From Porphyridium purpureum (taxonomy: Eukaryota): 64,000 nt of DNA. Positions within the stretch are counted from its first letter, which is position 1. Every line of letters starts with the position of its first letter. Location of the stretch: positions 930,001 to 994,000 of the forward strand of contig VRMN01000002.1 of assembly GCA_008690995.1 (NCBI GenBank), written 5' to 3'. The notes below the pieces were generated by a model that was not told where the DNA came from, ran no database searches, and was given only the letters and a program-made list of their open reading frames with translations. Made by a program: the position numbers and the translations under genes. Shown one piece after another: positions 11,128 to 21,374 of the stretch.

Positions 11128-14100
11128 ATGGGGTTGAAGAAAGTGGGCAAGTATCTCTTGCTGGAAACCATTGGGCATGGCTCGTTTGGAAAGGTGAAGC
11201 ATGCCGTGCATGAGGACACCGGCGAGCAGTTCGCCGTCAAGGTGCTGCACAAGAAGAAAATTCGCCTGAAAAACTTGTCGCAGCAGGTGCGCAGGGAAAT
11301 TTCCGTCATGTCCTCCCTCACCCATCCTAACATCGTTAAGCTGTACCAGGTGCTCGCTTCCGAAACAAGCATTTTCATCGTCATGGAACTCGTGACCGGC
11401 GGCGAGCTCTTTGACGAAATTTTGAGGAGAAAGCGGCTGCCAGAGGATGAGGCGCGCGTGTATTTTCGACAGCTCATCAACGCTGTCGAGCACTGCCACA
11501 AGTCTGGCGTCTTCCATCGCGATTTGAAGCCCGAGAATCTTTTGCTAGATGAGTCCGGGCGCGTCAAAATCACAGACTTTGGGCTTTCGACGCTGAGAGG
11601 CGCCGATACAGTTGCAGAATTATTATACACACAATGCGGTACGCCTCACTATGTTGCGCCAGAGATCATCTGCTCCGCAGATCGCGGCTACTCGGGAGCC
11701 AAAATGGACATTTGGTCATGCGGAATCATCTTATTTGTTTTGTTGGCTGGATTTCACCCATTCGACGACCACGACTTGAAGCGATTGTTCGAGAAAATTG
11801 TCCGCGCAGACGTCAAATACCCAGAGTACTTCAGCGATGGGGTGCGTAAACTCCTGAGCTCGATGCTTTGTGCAGACCCGTTGAAGCGCGCATCAATATC
11901 AACAATTCAGCGTGACGAGTGGTTTTGCAAGGAGGCAGCTGCCGACGTGGAGGAGCCCGTTGCAGCAACCGGACGCGTCGCGTTTGGAAATCTGGAATCA
12001 GATGCTGCCGAGAACGTGACAACTGGCCCCGTACTCCTCAAGAGAAGGCGAAGCCGCATCGACTCACTCGCCGGAAGCTGTGCGACGATGGTTACTGAGC
12101 GAATCACGGACGAGTATGAAATTGAATATGAGACTGGTGAAACCGTGATGATGCGCGGCTATTCGAGTAGCTCGTGGAACTCGGCTCACACAAGAGAAAA
12201 TACTGGGTCAGGACAAGGCCGCATTGGCGATGTCGCAGACAAAACGGAAGCCGAGGATATTCTTCACACAAGCGCGGATCCTTTCGTTGGTCTTTACGCA
12301 TCCGACACACCCTCTCGAATCGGAGCGGGTGAGTCCGCACTGAACACGTCCAATCCTGCAAGTGGTGGTGGGGCCGTGGTCCATGACAAGCATGTGTCGG
12401 GCAGGCTTCGGTTCAAGGATGGTGCTGTGGCGAACAACGAAGGGATGGATCAAAATCACTCGACAAAAGAACAGCATCAGAAGCAGAAGAAGATGCTACG
12501 CAAGGCACATAGCGCGGCGTCTCTCGGAACGCATTCGTCGGCAACACACTCGAGCGCAACCTTTGGAAACAGTGGTGTGTTGCAGCACTTGGAGAGCATT
12601 GATGTTTCTTCCTCAAGTGGTGTTGTTGAAGGGGGTGTCACTCCGGCGGCACCCACTTCTGCAGCGAGGTCCCCGGCGCCGGACTTACGATTCGACATGG
12701 AGACAGTGAAACGCGCGCTCATCGCTAAATGGGGCATTGCCGAAGTACCGTCTTCCAAGAAGCTCCCCGTTTTCGAGGACACGAGTGTGGACGAATTGTC
12801 ACCCAACGCAGTCATGGCAGACGGTATCTCCAGCAGTGATGACGATGGTGACGGCGATGGCGACGAGGGAATGACCGAAAGAATCAAAAGGCAGCACGTC
12901 CTGCAGGAGGTCAGGACTTTCCGAAAAAATTTACCGAGTGTCCGGACTGGCGCACCGGATCACACCGAGTCGTTGGCGAAGACGTCGTCTGTAAATGGGA
13001 AGTGCGGCCTCATCTCGGCAGAGACAAAGGAATCTTTCGCAATGCCTCCGAAGTCGGTCAAATCGGCACCGAATAGTACCGCAGCAGTCTTTGTCAAGGA
13101 GTACCCGATGACAGTGGAACTCGGCGAGCCGGGATGCGACGATCTGTTGGACTTGGGACGCTCGCGCTTCGACACCGTCTCGTCTGCATCTGCCCTGGAA
13201 AGCAAGGATCGAAGGTTGAACGAGAACCAGCTTGAAGAACACAACGACCAAGACCTAGAGGTCGTGAGCCTCGCTGGTGGCCCGATCGACGCACTCGACG
13301 GAAAGCAACCGCGCGGCAGCGGAGGCAGCGGCAAGCTCGAGAAGCTAAACACGTGGATTGTCCGAAATCCGCGCAAACCATGGCGCTTCAGTGTTCACCA
13401 GCACGCCGCAGGAGACCATGCTCGCGCATCTGCGGCTAGCGGAGGGCTTCCGTTAGAACATCAGCGAAAGATTGAGATGGACGGCGGTGGATATACTCTG
13501 GCAGATTCGGGGGTGGGGATTACGCGCAACGCGCACGCAACAGAAGCGACTAATTTCAGCAATTTATTTATTCTATCGCCGGGCCAACCGGTAGCAGGAT
13601 TGGCAGGCAGAACTGGATCAGCATCTGCCTCGGCTCTTGCCCCTGCTCATTCGTCCCGGGAAGGGTCAGCGTCGAAAAGTTCAGCCTACACCGCAGCTGG
13701 TAAGGACTACTCAACTTGGTGGGTTGGTACAACAGCTCTTGATCCGGCGAGGAGGCAAAGCGACGTGTCTGGAGCGTCTGTACAGCTGCCAAGCGGACGG
13801 ACAACCACGGAGACTTCCCTATCCTCCTCTGTCTCGCCCGGAACAGGTTCGACGGGAGCGGACGCGATCGCCGCCACCAAGCAGCAACACGCACTGCGGA
13901 CGAGTGAACCGGTTTCATCCCCGCTCCAGACCTTCTTGGAGCGCTCGGGTTCAAGCTCAAACATGCAGAATATAGGGCAGCGAAGGCCCCCGCCTGCAAA
14001 TCGAAGCACTGCAACCGAGGCAAAGTCCGCGGGTGGCTTCATGGCGGACGATGCGCGACGGGTGCTCGAGAGGGAGCGGCAAGCACACATGGTTGATGCT

Positions 14101-15087
14101 TCACCTGCGGTTCAAGCCCCTGACGAAGCGTTGTTTCCTTCCGTTTCGTCCCCGCAATTGTTTCTCAACAATTATGGGGGCCCCACGGCTCTTTCTGGAC
14201 TCGGATATGCTGCGTATGCAAAAAGCTCACCCCCCAAAACGGCGTTCCGTGGAGTTCCATCCGGTGCATTGAAGGCTGGACCAGATGGCTCGGTCCGGGA
14301 CGATTTTGGACGCGGGCTAGTGCACCTATCACCAGCTGCGTCTTTTTCGTCCCTAAACACGCACGCCACCTCGCTGGCGGAGGCGCAAGCTCAAGTTCGC
14401 TCCATTAGCGGAAACAGCGTGTTTGGTCTTGAGGAGCAGCACAGTTCGTACTCTTCCTCCATGCAGACACCGTCATCGCTCTCCCATTCAGAATCGTCGT
14501 CGCGCGTGAGTTTAGCAGGCTCACGCGCCCGATCGAACAGCACGCAAAGTTTGACAAAGTTTCAGAAGCGTGACGGGCGCGTCAGCGGGCCAAGTGGAGG
14601 CGGCGGTTTTGCGAACTTTCTGCGCATGGTGAACCCGATCCATATCCGCCGCTACACTGAATTTAAGACAACGTTTTCGATGGACAAGACTTGGCTCGTG
14701 CTTGAATTTATTCTGCGAGACCTGCATTGCGAGTTCTCGATTCATAAGGTGTCAGACTCGTTCTGGAAAGTCCGCACTGACGCGAAGTGGAGCGGTCGTG
14801 TACTGCCTGTACGTATGGAGCTATTTCCTCTTGAGGAGCTTATCATGGTGAGCATGAAGCTCTCTAGGACCGAGCGTGGTAACACGACGGACCAGAAGGA
14901 GTTCTTAGACTTTTACAATTACGTGTATTCGACGTTCTGCCGGATCACGGACTGTGGGCTTTTGGATTCGTCTAGGAGAACTGACACGTCAGAAACAGGG
15001 CAACATGATGCGCAACACCCGCCGACCGGGGGCCGCCATGAGACTGGCGGACCTTCCGCGGGTGTCGTACACGCGGCGTGGATGTGA
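11128..15087 (+). CDS. SNF1/CIPK-like (CAMK group) Ser/Thr kinase with long low-complexity linker and KA1-like C-terminal domain
   Basis: GHGSFGKV, AVK, HRDLKPEN, DFG, CGTPHYVAPE in first ~270 aa; folded-looking C-terminal segment. Confidence 0.92.
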   Translation: MGLKKVGKYLLLETIGHGSFGKVKHAVHEDTGEQFAVKVLHKKKIRLKNLSQQVRREISVMSSLTHPNIVKLYQVLASETSIFIVMELVTGGELFDEILRRKRLPEDEARVYFRQLINAVEHCHKSGVFHRDLKPENLLLDESGRVKITDFGLSTLRGADTVAELLYTQCGTPHYVAPEIICSADRGYSGAKMDIWSCGIILFVLLAGFHPFDDHDLKRLFEKIVRADVKYPEYFSDGVRKLLSSMLCADPLKRASISTIQRDEWFCKEAAADVEEPVAATGRVAFGNLESDAAENVTTGPVLLKRRRSRIDSLAGSCATMVTERITDEYEIEYETGETVMMRGYSSSSWNSAHTRENTGSGQGRIGDVADKTEAEDILHTSADPFVGLYASDTPSRIGAGESALNTSNPASGGGAVVHDKHVSGRLRFKDGAVANNEGMDQNHSTKEQHQKQKKMLRKAHSAASLGTHSSATHSSATFGNSGVLQHLESIDVSSSSGVVEGGVTPAAPTSAARSPAPDLRFDMETVKRALIAKWGIAEVPSSKKLPVFEDTSVDELSPNAVMADGISSSDDDGDGDGDEGMTERIKRQHVLQEVRTFRKNLPSVRTGAPDHTESLAKTSSVNGKCGLISAETKESFAMPPKSVKSAPNSTAAVFVKEYPMTVELGEPGCDDLLDLGRSRFDTVSSASALESKDRRLNENQLEEHNDQDLEVVSLAGGPIDALDGKQPRGSGGSGKLEKLNTWIVRNPRKPWRFSVHQHAAGDHARASAASGGLPLEHQRKIEMDGGGYTLADSGVGITRNAHATEATNFSNLFILSPGQPVAGLAGRTGSASASALAPAHSSREGSASKSSAYTAAGKDYSTWWVGTTALDPARRQSDVSGASVQLPSGRTTTETSLSSSVSPGTGSTGADAIAATKQQHALRTSEPVSSPLQTFLERSGSSSNMQNIGQRRPPPANRSTATEAKSAGGFMADDARRVLERERQAHMVDASPAVQAPDEALFPSVSSPQLFLNNYGGPTALSGLGYAAYAKSSPPKTAFRGVPSGALKAGPDGSVRDDFGRGLVHLSPAASFSSLNTHATSLAEAQAQVRSISGNSVFGLEEQHSSYSSSMQTPSSLSHSESSSRVSLAGSRARSNSTQSLTKFQKRDGRVSGPSGGGGFANFLRMVNPIHIRRYTEFKTTFSMDKTWLVLEFILRDLHCEFSIHKVSDSFWKVRTDAKWSGRVLPVRMELFPLEELIMVSMKLSRTERGNTTDQKEFLDFYNYVYSTFCRITDCGLLDSSRRTDTSETGQHDAQHPPTGGRHETGGPSAGVVHAAWM

Positions 15088-15415
15088 GCTGAATGCTCCG
15101 GTGCAGGCATCCTCTAGATTTGTTGGTTAATGTGACTACACGTACAGTGGAATTACACGCAAAATGCCGTTTTCACGGAGTCAGCAAGCGTGCTGCATGC
15201 GGGAACAAAATTACGAACAAACAAACAAAAGATTTTGCTCGCAACCCGACCGCCACTGAGGCTGACATTGCACCACGCCCACGCTTTAAAAGACTACTTC
15301 GTCACGGGCTGCACCAGTGGTGGATTCGCACAGTCGCCATCTCATTCCGACGCGATTAGCGCCAATCATCCTAGACTGTCAATCGCCCTCTTCTTGTTCA
15401 ATGCACTTTGCAGCG

Positions 15416-15937
15416 CTAGGCTTGAGCTTTGGCCTTGGCCTCATCCTCCAGCCTCTGCAGAATGCGCAATTCCCGTTCCCTGTGCCTGTCGAAGAATTCC
15501 TTCGCCCTTATCACAGTCAGGGTAACGCTTTCCGTTCCATAATGAGGTCTGTTGTCCGAGGCTGGCGTTGGATCGTCCCCGGTTGTTGGCCGCCTCGAGA
15601 ACCCGATCGTCATTTGGGGCTTTTCCGCAAGGCCTTGATATTCCAGTACCAGGGCGGACCGAATTGCACCGGGAATCGCGGTCCCCGTCGCCAAAAGATT
15701 GATCGATGCGTTGAACTTCAACGCGTCACGCATATCAGCCACCATCTTACCGATCGGAGTGTCCTTCTTCATGTACAGCGTGCGGGCGCCTTCGCGAGAA
15801 TAGCCCGCAGTCTTCCGGTCCTGCACAACGCGCGACGACGCGATGCCGGCGCAAGGAACGCGCGCCCACGGCGCACGCCGCGCGGCGCGGCTCAAGTTCT
15901 GCAGCGACGCCATTTTCATCACCATCATCTTCAGCAT
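15416..15937 (-). CDS. Alba-fold (Rpp20/Alba-like) protein, copy 1, with predicted mitochondrial presequence
   Basis: LYMKKDTP...INLLATGTAIPGAIRSALVLEYQGL...ESVTLTVIRAKEFF follows Alba pattern (V.LSALG.AI..VV..AE.LK..G...KIEI.L.KS..F); R/A/S-rich acid-free N-terminus. Confidence 0.7.
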   Translation of the reverse strand: MLKMMVMKMASLQNLSRAARRAPWARVPCAGIASSRVVQDRKTAGYSREGARTLYMKKDTPIGKMVADMRDALKFNASINLLATGTAIPGAIRSALVLEYQGLAEKPQMTIGFSRRPTTGDDPTPASDNRPHYGTESVTLTVIRAKEFFDRHRERELRILQRLEDEAKAKAQA

Positions 15938-16217
15938 GTCACTGCTTCCGCTTTAATCTCTTCGGCTCCAGGGCACAGAAACCCACAATCGCAACGGGAG
16001 CATCTAGGGCTGGATGGCAAAATCATAAGAAGGGCGTGTTTGAGGATAGAAAGTACAGTGGTCAGGTCTGAGTGTGCGTGTGCGTGTGTGTGTTCCATTT
16101 CGCCAGATCGACGGCGACGACGGTTCTGACATGGAGCACTTGTCTTGCGCCGGGCGTCGGCGCACGCGAGACACGCCGCGGCATGGATCTGGTCCGGGCC
16201 TAACGCCGCGATGTCCT

Positions 16218-16745
16218 CTAGTCTGCGGGCTCTGCTCGCTGGCGTAAAACATCAAACGCCCGCAATTCCCACTCGCGTTGCTTGTCGAAAAAGTCGGCAG
16301 ACCGCGTCACAGTGATCACGACTCGCTCCGTTCCGAGAGATTTCCTTTGCTCATCGCTATTTTCTTCTGCCTTGGTGTTCTCGGTAGACCTCTTCGGAAC
16401 GAAGTCGACTCGCACGCTGGGGGCCTGAATGATTCCGTCCCTGTGCAGCATCGCCACCATCCGGATGGCGCGTGGAATGGCTTGTCCGATCGCGAAGACC
16501 ATCACTGACTCGTCCAGCTTCAAAAATTGGCGCAGGGTACGTAGCATAGCACCCATCCTTTCGTCCTTCTTTACAAACAAGCGCTGTAAGACCCCGATCT
16601 GGCGTTCCGTGTTCGACGAGCCTTGCGCGTCGTGCAGCGATCCAGTGTCATCCTTTGCAGCCCTTGCAGAAAATGAAACAGTCGCGCGCGAAACGTAGTT
16701 CCACGGTGCAAACCGTGACGCAGTGCGAAGCTTCATCATCGCCAT
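16218..16745 (-). CDS. Alba-fold protein, copy 2, with predicted mitochondrial presequence
   Basis: LFVKKDE...VMVFAIGQAIPRAIRMVAMLHRDGI...ERVVITVTRSADFF; ATG at 16745; clearly paralogous to 15416-15937. Confidence 0.7.
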   Translation of the reverse strand: MAMMKLRTASRFAPWNYVSRATVSFSARAAKDDTGSLHDAQGSSNTERQIGVLQRLFVKKDERMGAMLRTLRQFLKLDESVMVFAIGQAIPRAIRMVAMLHRDGIIQAPSVRVDFVPKRSTENTKAEENSDEQRKSLGTERVVITVTRSADFFDKQREWELRAFDVLRQRAEPAD

Positions 16746-17189
16746 CCTGAACCTCGTGTTCTTCTTCTTCCCAAACACCTTTCTCGGTCTCCTGCGCCCC
16801 GCGCTTTCTTCCCGTCACAATCGATACCTGCTCGAACACACTCGCTACCCTCAAAAGGACCAAATTCATAGAAAGCACATGATTTAATAAGAAAAAAATC
16901 AGGGTTCTCAAAAGTCACGATGAAATGAACATGCGCTTACTCTTCTGCTCGCGCATGCGACACCTCTGCATTCATCTCCGCTCTTGGACGAGACGCCATG
17001 CGCACACCTCTTCACACTCGCTGCCGTTCTTTGTTTCCATCGCGAGAGCCAGATGAAGCTGCCTTGGTCGTTTCCAGCGCCCAACGACAAGATTTGGAAT
17101 AGAAGAATGGGACCTCTGTGCAGGAGCACGAGTACCGCGCCCCGGCACAAACAGACCCAATGGGTGTGTCTCCTCCATATCGCATTTCT

Positions 17190-17767
17190 TCGTCTCCTTC
17201 AGTCGCGCATGCAAAGTGACATCTTTACTCAGCGAGTCAGTAGTCGCAGCCACGCGGATCAAGATTCGATCTTTTCCAGGCAGTCTCATCTTTGTGCCCT
17301 GTTCTCATTCGCGTGATACGTCGAGCCGTCATTTTGCATATTCTCTCTCTGTGTCTGTGTGTTTTGTATACACATTCAGTATGCTTTGGTGAGAGCTCCT
17401 TTTGCGATAAACTCGACTTGCAAAGCACGGCTTGAAATGATCCCGTCTTAAACCAGCGATATCACCACCGAGACAGCGCATGGAACAGCTTGCCCGCAGG
17501 CAAGAATCCAAGACTAATTCTTCGGACTTCATGTATTGGCGACGCACAGTGTTTAGCGCTTAACCCCACAGTCTCGTCCTTCTCGAAAGCTACGTATTGC
17601 AAATTTCTTTTCCCGTGCACAAGCGGATCGCGTTCGACGACCCCGGCGTGTTTGGCAGGGACAAAGCGCCACTCTTTGCAGCTCGCACTATTTGTCAAAG
17701 AAAGCGGCGCAGAAAAAAGATGTAAGGTGCGTACTGTGAGACCTGCGAGTGTCTTGACCCTTATCAC
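17190..17767 (-). pseudogene. Pseudogene of the Alba-fold tandem family
   Basis: Manual translation: LQYVAFEKDETVG / ALNTVRRQYMKSEELVL / ILACGQAVPCAVSVVISLV*DGIISSRALQVEFIAK ... PGKDRILIRVAATTDSLSK aligns block by block with copy 2; frameshifts near 17560 and 17508, TAA at 17448-17450. Confidence 0.8.
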
Positions 17768-17930
17768 ATTTCCTCACGCTCAACCACCATTGCCTTCCCG
17801 ACTTATCTAGTACTTCTGGCACCGAGCACTACCTAGAAAGCAAAGCATGCGGGTTGTCTCTCATGCGCTCAGATTCAGGCTTCTGAAGGGTTTTCGGCAG
17901 AATGGACGTGCGCGATTTCTACCAACCAGA

Positions 17931-18590
17931 TCAACATTCAGGAGTGCCCTGGCGGGGCGCATTCATGCGACTGCCCAGTTCCTGTGCAAGCTCTTCAAAA
18001 GGACTAGAAGGATGTTGATCCAGTTCCCTCGATTTAGAGAAAAAGTCAGTCGACCTGGTCACCGTCATACTCATGCTTTCCCTCATGTTTTCCAGCCTTG
18101 GTTTCTCCTTCCGTTTCGGTTTGAAAAAGAAAGAGTCACCTTCGTTCTCCGTCTCCTGCTCACTGGTATCGACGTCAAATTTGAAATCCAGACTTGCTTC
18201 ACTGGATGTTGTCAACCATCCGTCGCGCTCTAGAAGCAACGCCGAACTGATGGCAACAGGCATTGCCTCTTCTGCTGCAAGGATCTGAACCGTTTCATTT
18301 TTTTCCAACATCTCGCGCAGCCTGTGCATGAACGCGACCGGCGTGTCATAGCGATCGACGTCAATCGACCCAGTCTTGGACTCGCCCACGTTGCTGGTTG
18401 GTAACGACTCTCCAGACATGGTCGTCATGTCCGTCGTGCTCCCCGCTTCATTTTCAGGCGCATTTTGTCCGGGTTGCGTGCACAAGAAGGCCGGATAGTG
18501 CAATCGGGTGATCTGCATCGGTTCACATCGCGCGACGGCGCGCAGCATCCTACCTTTCAACATCATCTTGTTCCACGAAGCGCACGTCAT
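17931..18590 (-). CDS. Alba-fold protein, copy 3 (most diverged)
   Basis: VQILAAEEAMPVAISSALLLERDGW...ESMSMTVTRSTDFF matches copies 1 and 2. Confidence 0.68.
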   Translation of the reverse strand: MTCASWNKMMLKGRMLRAVARCEPMQITRLHYPAFLCTQPGQNAPENEAGSTTDMTTMSGESLPTSNVGESKTGSIDVDRYDTPVAFMHRLREMLEKNETVQILAAEEAMPVAISSALLLERDGWLTTSSEASLDFKFDVDTSEQETENEGDSFFFKPKRKEKPRLENMRESMSMTVTRSTDFFSKSRELDQHPSSPFEELAQELGSRMNAPRQGTPEC

Positions 18591-18785
18591 TCACAATGCC
18601 GCCAAGAAGGCGAGCGCACGGAACGGCCTCGAGTGGCGCAAGTTTACAACCTCCCAGGACCGTTAAACCGAATTGGACATTGTCCAGCAAACTTCGTCGT
18701 CTTATTAGAAGAGCGCCCCAAACCGGTAGGAATTTTGGCACGCAGACGAAGCGAAGGATTGGATCGTTGCGCGCATCGTACTCCG

Positions 18786-19598
18786 ATGGAGACAGACATG
18801 AATGTCCAGGCGGCTGGTGGAGATGGCGGCGAGCGCGTTGGTGCCAGTCCGGTGAGTGCGGGAGATGGCGCCAAGGTGAAAGGCGGCGAAATGGCGAGTT
18901 TCGTTCCGGCGGCCCCAGCGACAATGCCACACACATCGCCACAGGGGACAAAGTCCGTGTCGTCGTCTTCGTCGTCGGCAGCTTCCTTGCCTGCATCGAC
19001 TCCCGACGATAAGCAGGAGCACCAAGATAGCATGCCAGCGACTGGCCACGCCGATCGGCTGGACGAGGCAGAAGAATACCTCGAGAAAAGTAATGTCAGA
19101 TTCCTAGGATACGCGTCCAGACTGGCGCGCGTGCTAGGCACCAAGGCGGCAGTCATGTCTCAGAAGGCGCGAATCTTGGCGTATAGCTCTGATATAGGCG
19201 AAACGGGTCGTCCGATCCTAAGTCCTGGCCTTGTCAGAGCGCTTTATGGAGTTACATTTGCCTATGTCACGGCCGATGTGGCCAACCATGCTTACATCGA
19301 GTATGCCAAGGGCAATGACAGGAGCACTATCTCACGCGTTGTTGCCCAGACTTTCACATTTCAGATCGTGTGCTCTGTCGCCTTGCCATCGCTTATTATT
19401 CATCAGATTATGCACCAGGCAGAATCACAGTTCAAGAAGAACTTTACGAATCCGCGCGCAATCAAGTATGGCCCCGTCGCAGTCGGGCTTGCCGTGATTC
19501 CTTTATTGCCACTGATTGACCATCCCGTCGAGAAACTCATTCATGCCGGATTCGACACGTTTTGGCCGCATAACGGGGAAAAGACGCACACCGACTGA
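18786..19598 (+). CDS. MTFP1: Mitochondrial fission process protein 1 (MTP18 family)
   Basis: RFLGYA, AYSSDIGETGRP, YGVTFAYV.AD, FQ...SVALPSLIIH, GLAVIP...IDHPVE; ATG at 18786. Confidence 0.85.
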   Translation: METDMNVQAAGGDGGERVGASPVSAGDGAKVKGGEMASFVPAAPATMPHTSPQGTKSVSSSSSSAASLPASTPDDKQEHQDSMPATGHADRLDEAEEYLEKSNVRFLGYASRLARVLGTKAAVMSQKARILAYSSDIGETGRPILSPGLVRALYGVTFAYVTADVANHAYIEYAKGNDRSTISRVVAQTFTFQIVCSVALPSLIIHQIMHQAESQFKKNFTNPRAIKYGPVAVGLAVIPLLPLIDHPVEKLIHAGFDTFWPHNGEKTHTD

Positions 19599-19929
19599 GC
19601 GATACGTCTGCACAAGGAAGTAAAGAAAGCGTTCCAAGACTTTTCAGTCACTGTCTTTGTCCAAGCGTTCTGTCACCAAGCAGTGCATGTGAACAAGAGC
19701 ATTGTTCGATTCCTTCGTAGCACTCTTTGGGTCCAAACAAACGGTGCTCGTGGGCTCACTTGCTCCGCTAGGAAAACGTCCCATAAAGCCAGCATAAGGG
19801 GCCTGTGCGCCTTGCAAATCGCGGCGCAGCACTCTCTATCTGCTCATGACTGTGCCCTTACGTGAGAAAAAAAGGCAAATCAGAGGGGATTTGCTCTAAA
19901 AATGAACAAATCTGATGCGCACACCCAGA

Positions 19930-21213
19930 TTACGTTTTCGTTCCCTTAGAATTCTTCCTCTTCGATTTCGGTTTCGCCGCGGCAACATTCATCGTACCGG
20001 ACACTGTGGCCGTAGGCATTGCTCTGGGAGCCTGGGCTATTGAATCCTGCGTGCTGAGTAAAATCTTTGGAGCGCCACTAGTCCTCGATCGTCGCGCGTG
20101 TTCTCGCTTGTTCGCTTTGCGCCGCTTCTCGCGCAATTCCAGCATGAGCGGAGTCACCGTAACTTTCTTATCCGTCTCATTATCCATGTCGCGCACCCCA
20201 TATTTTGCTATTTCGATCGCGTTCTTCTTCAGGCTGCCACTGCCATAATTTCCATCCAACAGCACGATACGATCCGTCGAACTGGTTCCATCAGAACCCC
20301 CAACCATGGGCAAAAGTGCCAAAGAAATTGGTTCACTGCGTTCCTGAAGCTTTTGGTCATAGGATTCCCTAAACGTCTGGAATGCCTCACTTTCAGCATA
20401 CGTGCCTGCGAGAGCCGCGTCAGAGCCCGGCTTGAATGCCGGGTTCGGAATCTTGCCGTATGGAGAGGGCTCAACGGTCACTGTATACACTCCGCCAAGT
20501 TTCGGGTCCGCAAATTGAGCGCCCTGAATCGCCTCTGTGAACGCCACGGAGGGTTCTGCAGTACTCCAAGCCAACTGACAAAACGCATACGCGTCCAGAA
20601 AGCTCCGTGCCTCATTCACATTCTTTGCCTGCTCGGCGCTGTTCCTAAAGCTGGTCCAAATGGGAGCGTTCTCCAGCTTGCTGAGATCGAAGCCGCGCTC
20701 TGCACAAATCTGGCCGAACTGCTCGAAAGATAGTGTCGGCGGCAAATGCCGGACAACCACCTTGTGCGCCTTGATCTCCGCTTTAACTTTGTGTCGACTG
20801 GACCCTTCCGCAGCTCCGGATCCGGATTTCCCAGCACCGGACCCTCCGGTTCCTTCTCTCGATGACTGAGTTCGTTTCGAGCGGGAAGCCTGTTGCGCTT
20901 TGATTGCTCTAGCGCTCGTGCCGGTGCTAGCGGCGGACAGAGCGATCTCTCCGGCCGGAGAAGCATGCTGGGCGGTCAACAACTGCTTATTCGAATCATT
21001 TGCAGACTTTGCTGCAGACAAGCCACCACCAGGAGTGCCGTTTCTTGCTGCTTGAGCCGGCTTCACTGAGCCCTGTCCCGAGCGCCGGGCGCTGCCTCCT
21101 GCGCTATTTCTGGCGCCCGCCGTGCCATGACCGCACCCGCCGCGCGTATTTTCAGTCTCACGGCTCTCTGCTGATTGGCGCTGGGACTTGCGCTGCTTGT
21201 CGTCCTTCGCCAT
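19930..21213 (-). CDS. UPF3: Nonsense-mediated decay factor UPF3 (Smg4/UPF3 domain)
   Basis: KVVVRHLPPTLS..QF, VE.SPY.KIP, GTY.ES..F..F and TPLM.ELRE motifs; ATG at 21213. Confidence 0.75.
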   Translation of the reverse strand: MAKDDKQRKSQRQSAESRETENTRGGCGHGTAGARNSAGGSARRSGQGSVKPAQAARNGTPGGGLSAAKSANDSNKQLLTAQHASPAGEIALSAASTGTSARAIKAQQASRSKRTQSSREGTGGSGAGKSGSGAAEGSSRHKVKAEIKAHKVVVRHLPPTLSFEQFGQICAERGFDLSKLENAPIWTSFRNSAEQAKNVNEARSFLDAYAFCQLAWSTAEPSVAFTEAIQGAQFADPKLGGVYTVTVEPSPYGKIPNPAFKPGSDAALAGTYAESEAFQTFRESYDQKLQERSEPISLALLPMVGGSDGTSSTDRIVLLDGNYGSGSLKKNAIEIAKYGVRDMDNETDKKVTVTPLMLELREKRRKANKREHARRSRTSGAPKILLSTQDSIAQAPRAMPTATVSGTMNVAAAKPKSKRKNSKGTKT

Positions 21214-21374
21214 GCGACGAGATCGCCATATGCGTGCGCGCGCTTGCCACACACACACGCGCCTCGAGCATCTTGCTGCGCACAAGTCACTTAGAACGCG
21301 GACCTTCTACAGTAAATCAGCCTGATTTATTATGAACGTCACTGTACCCCGCACGTGCGAAGAGCCGGAACAAG

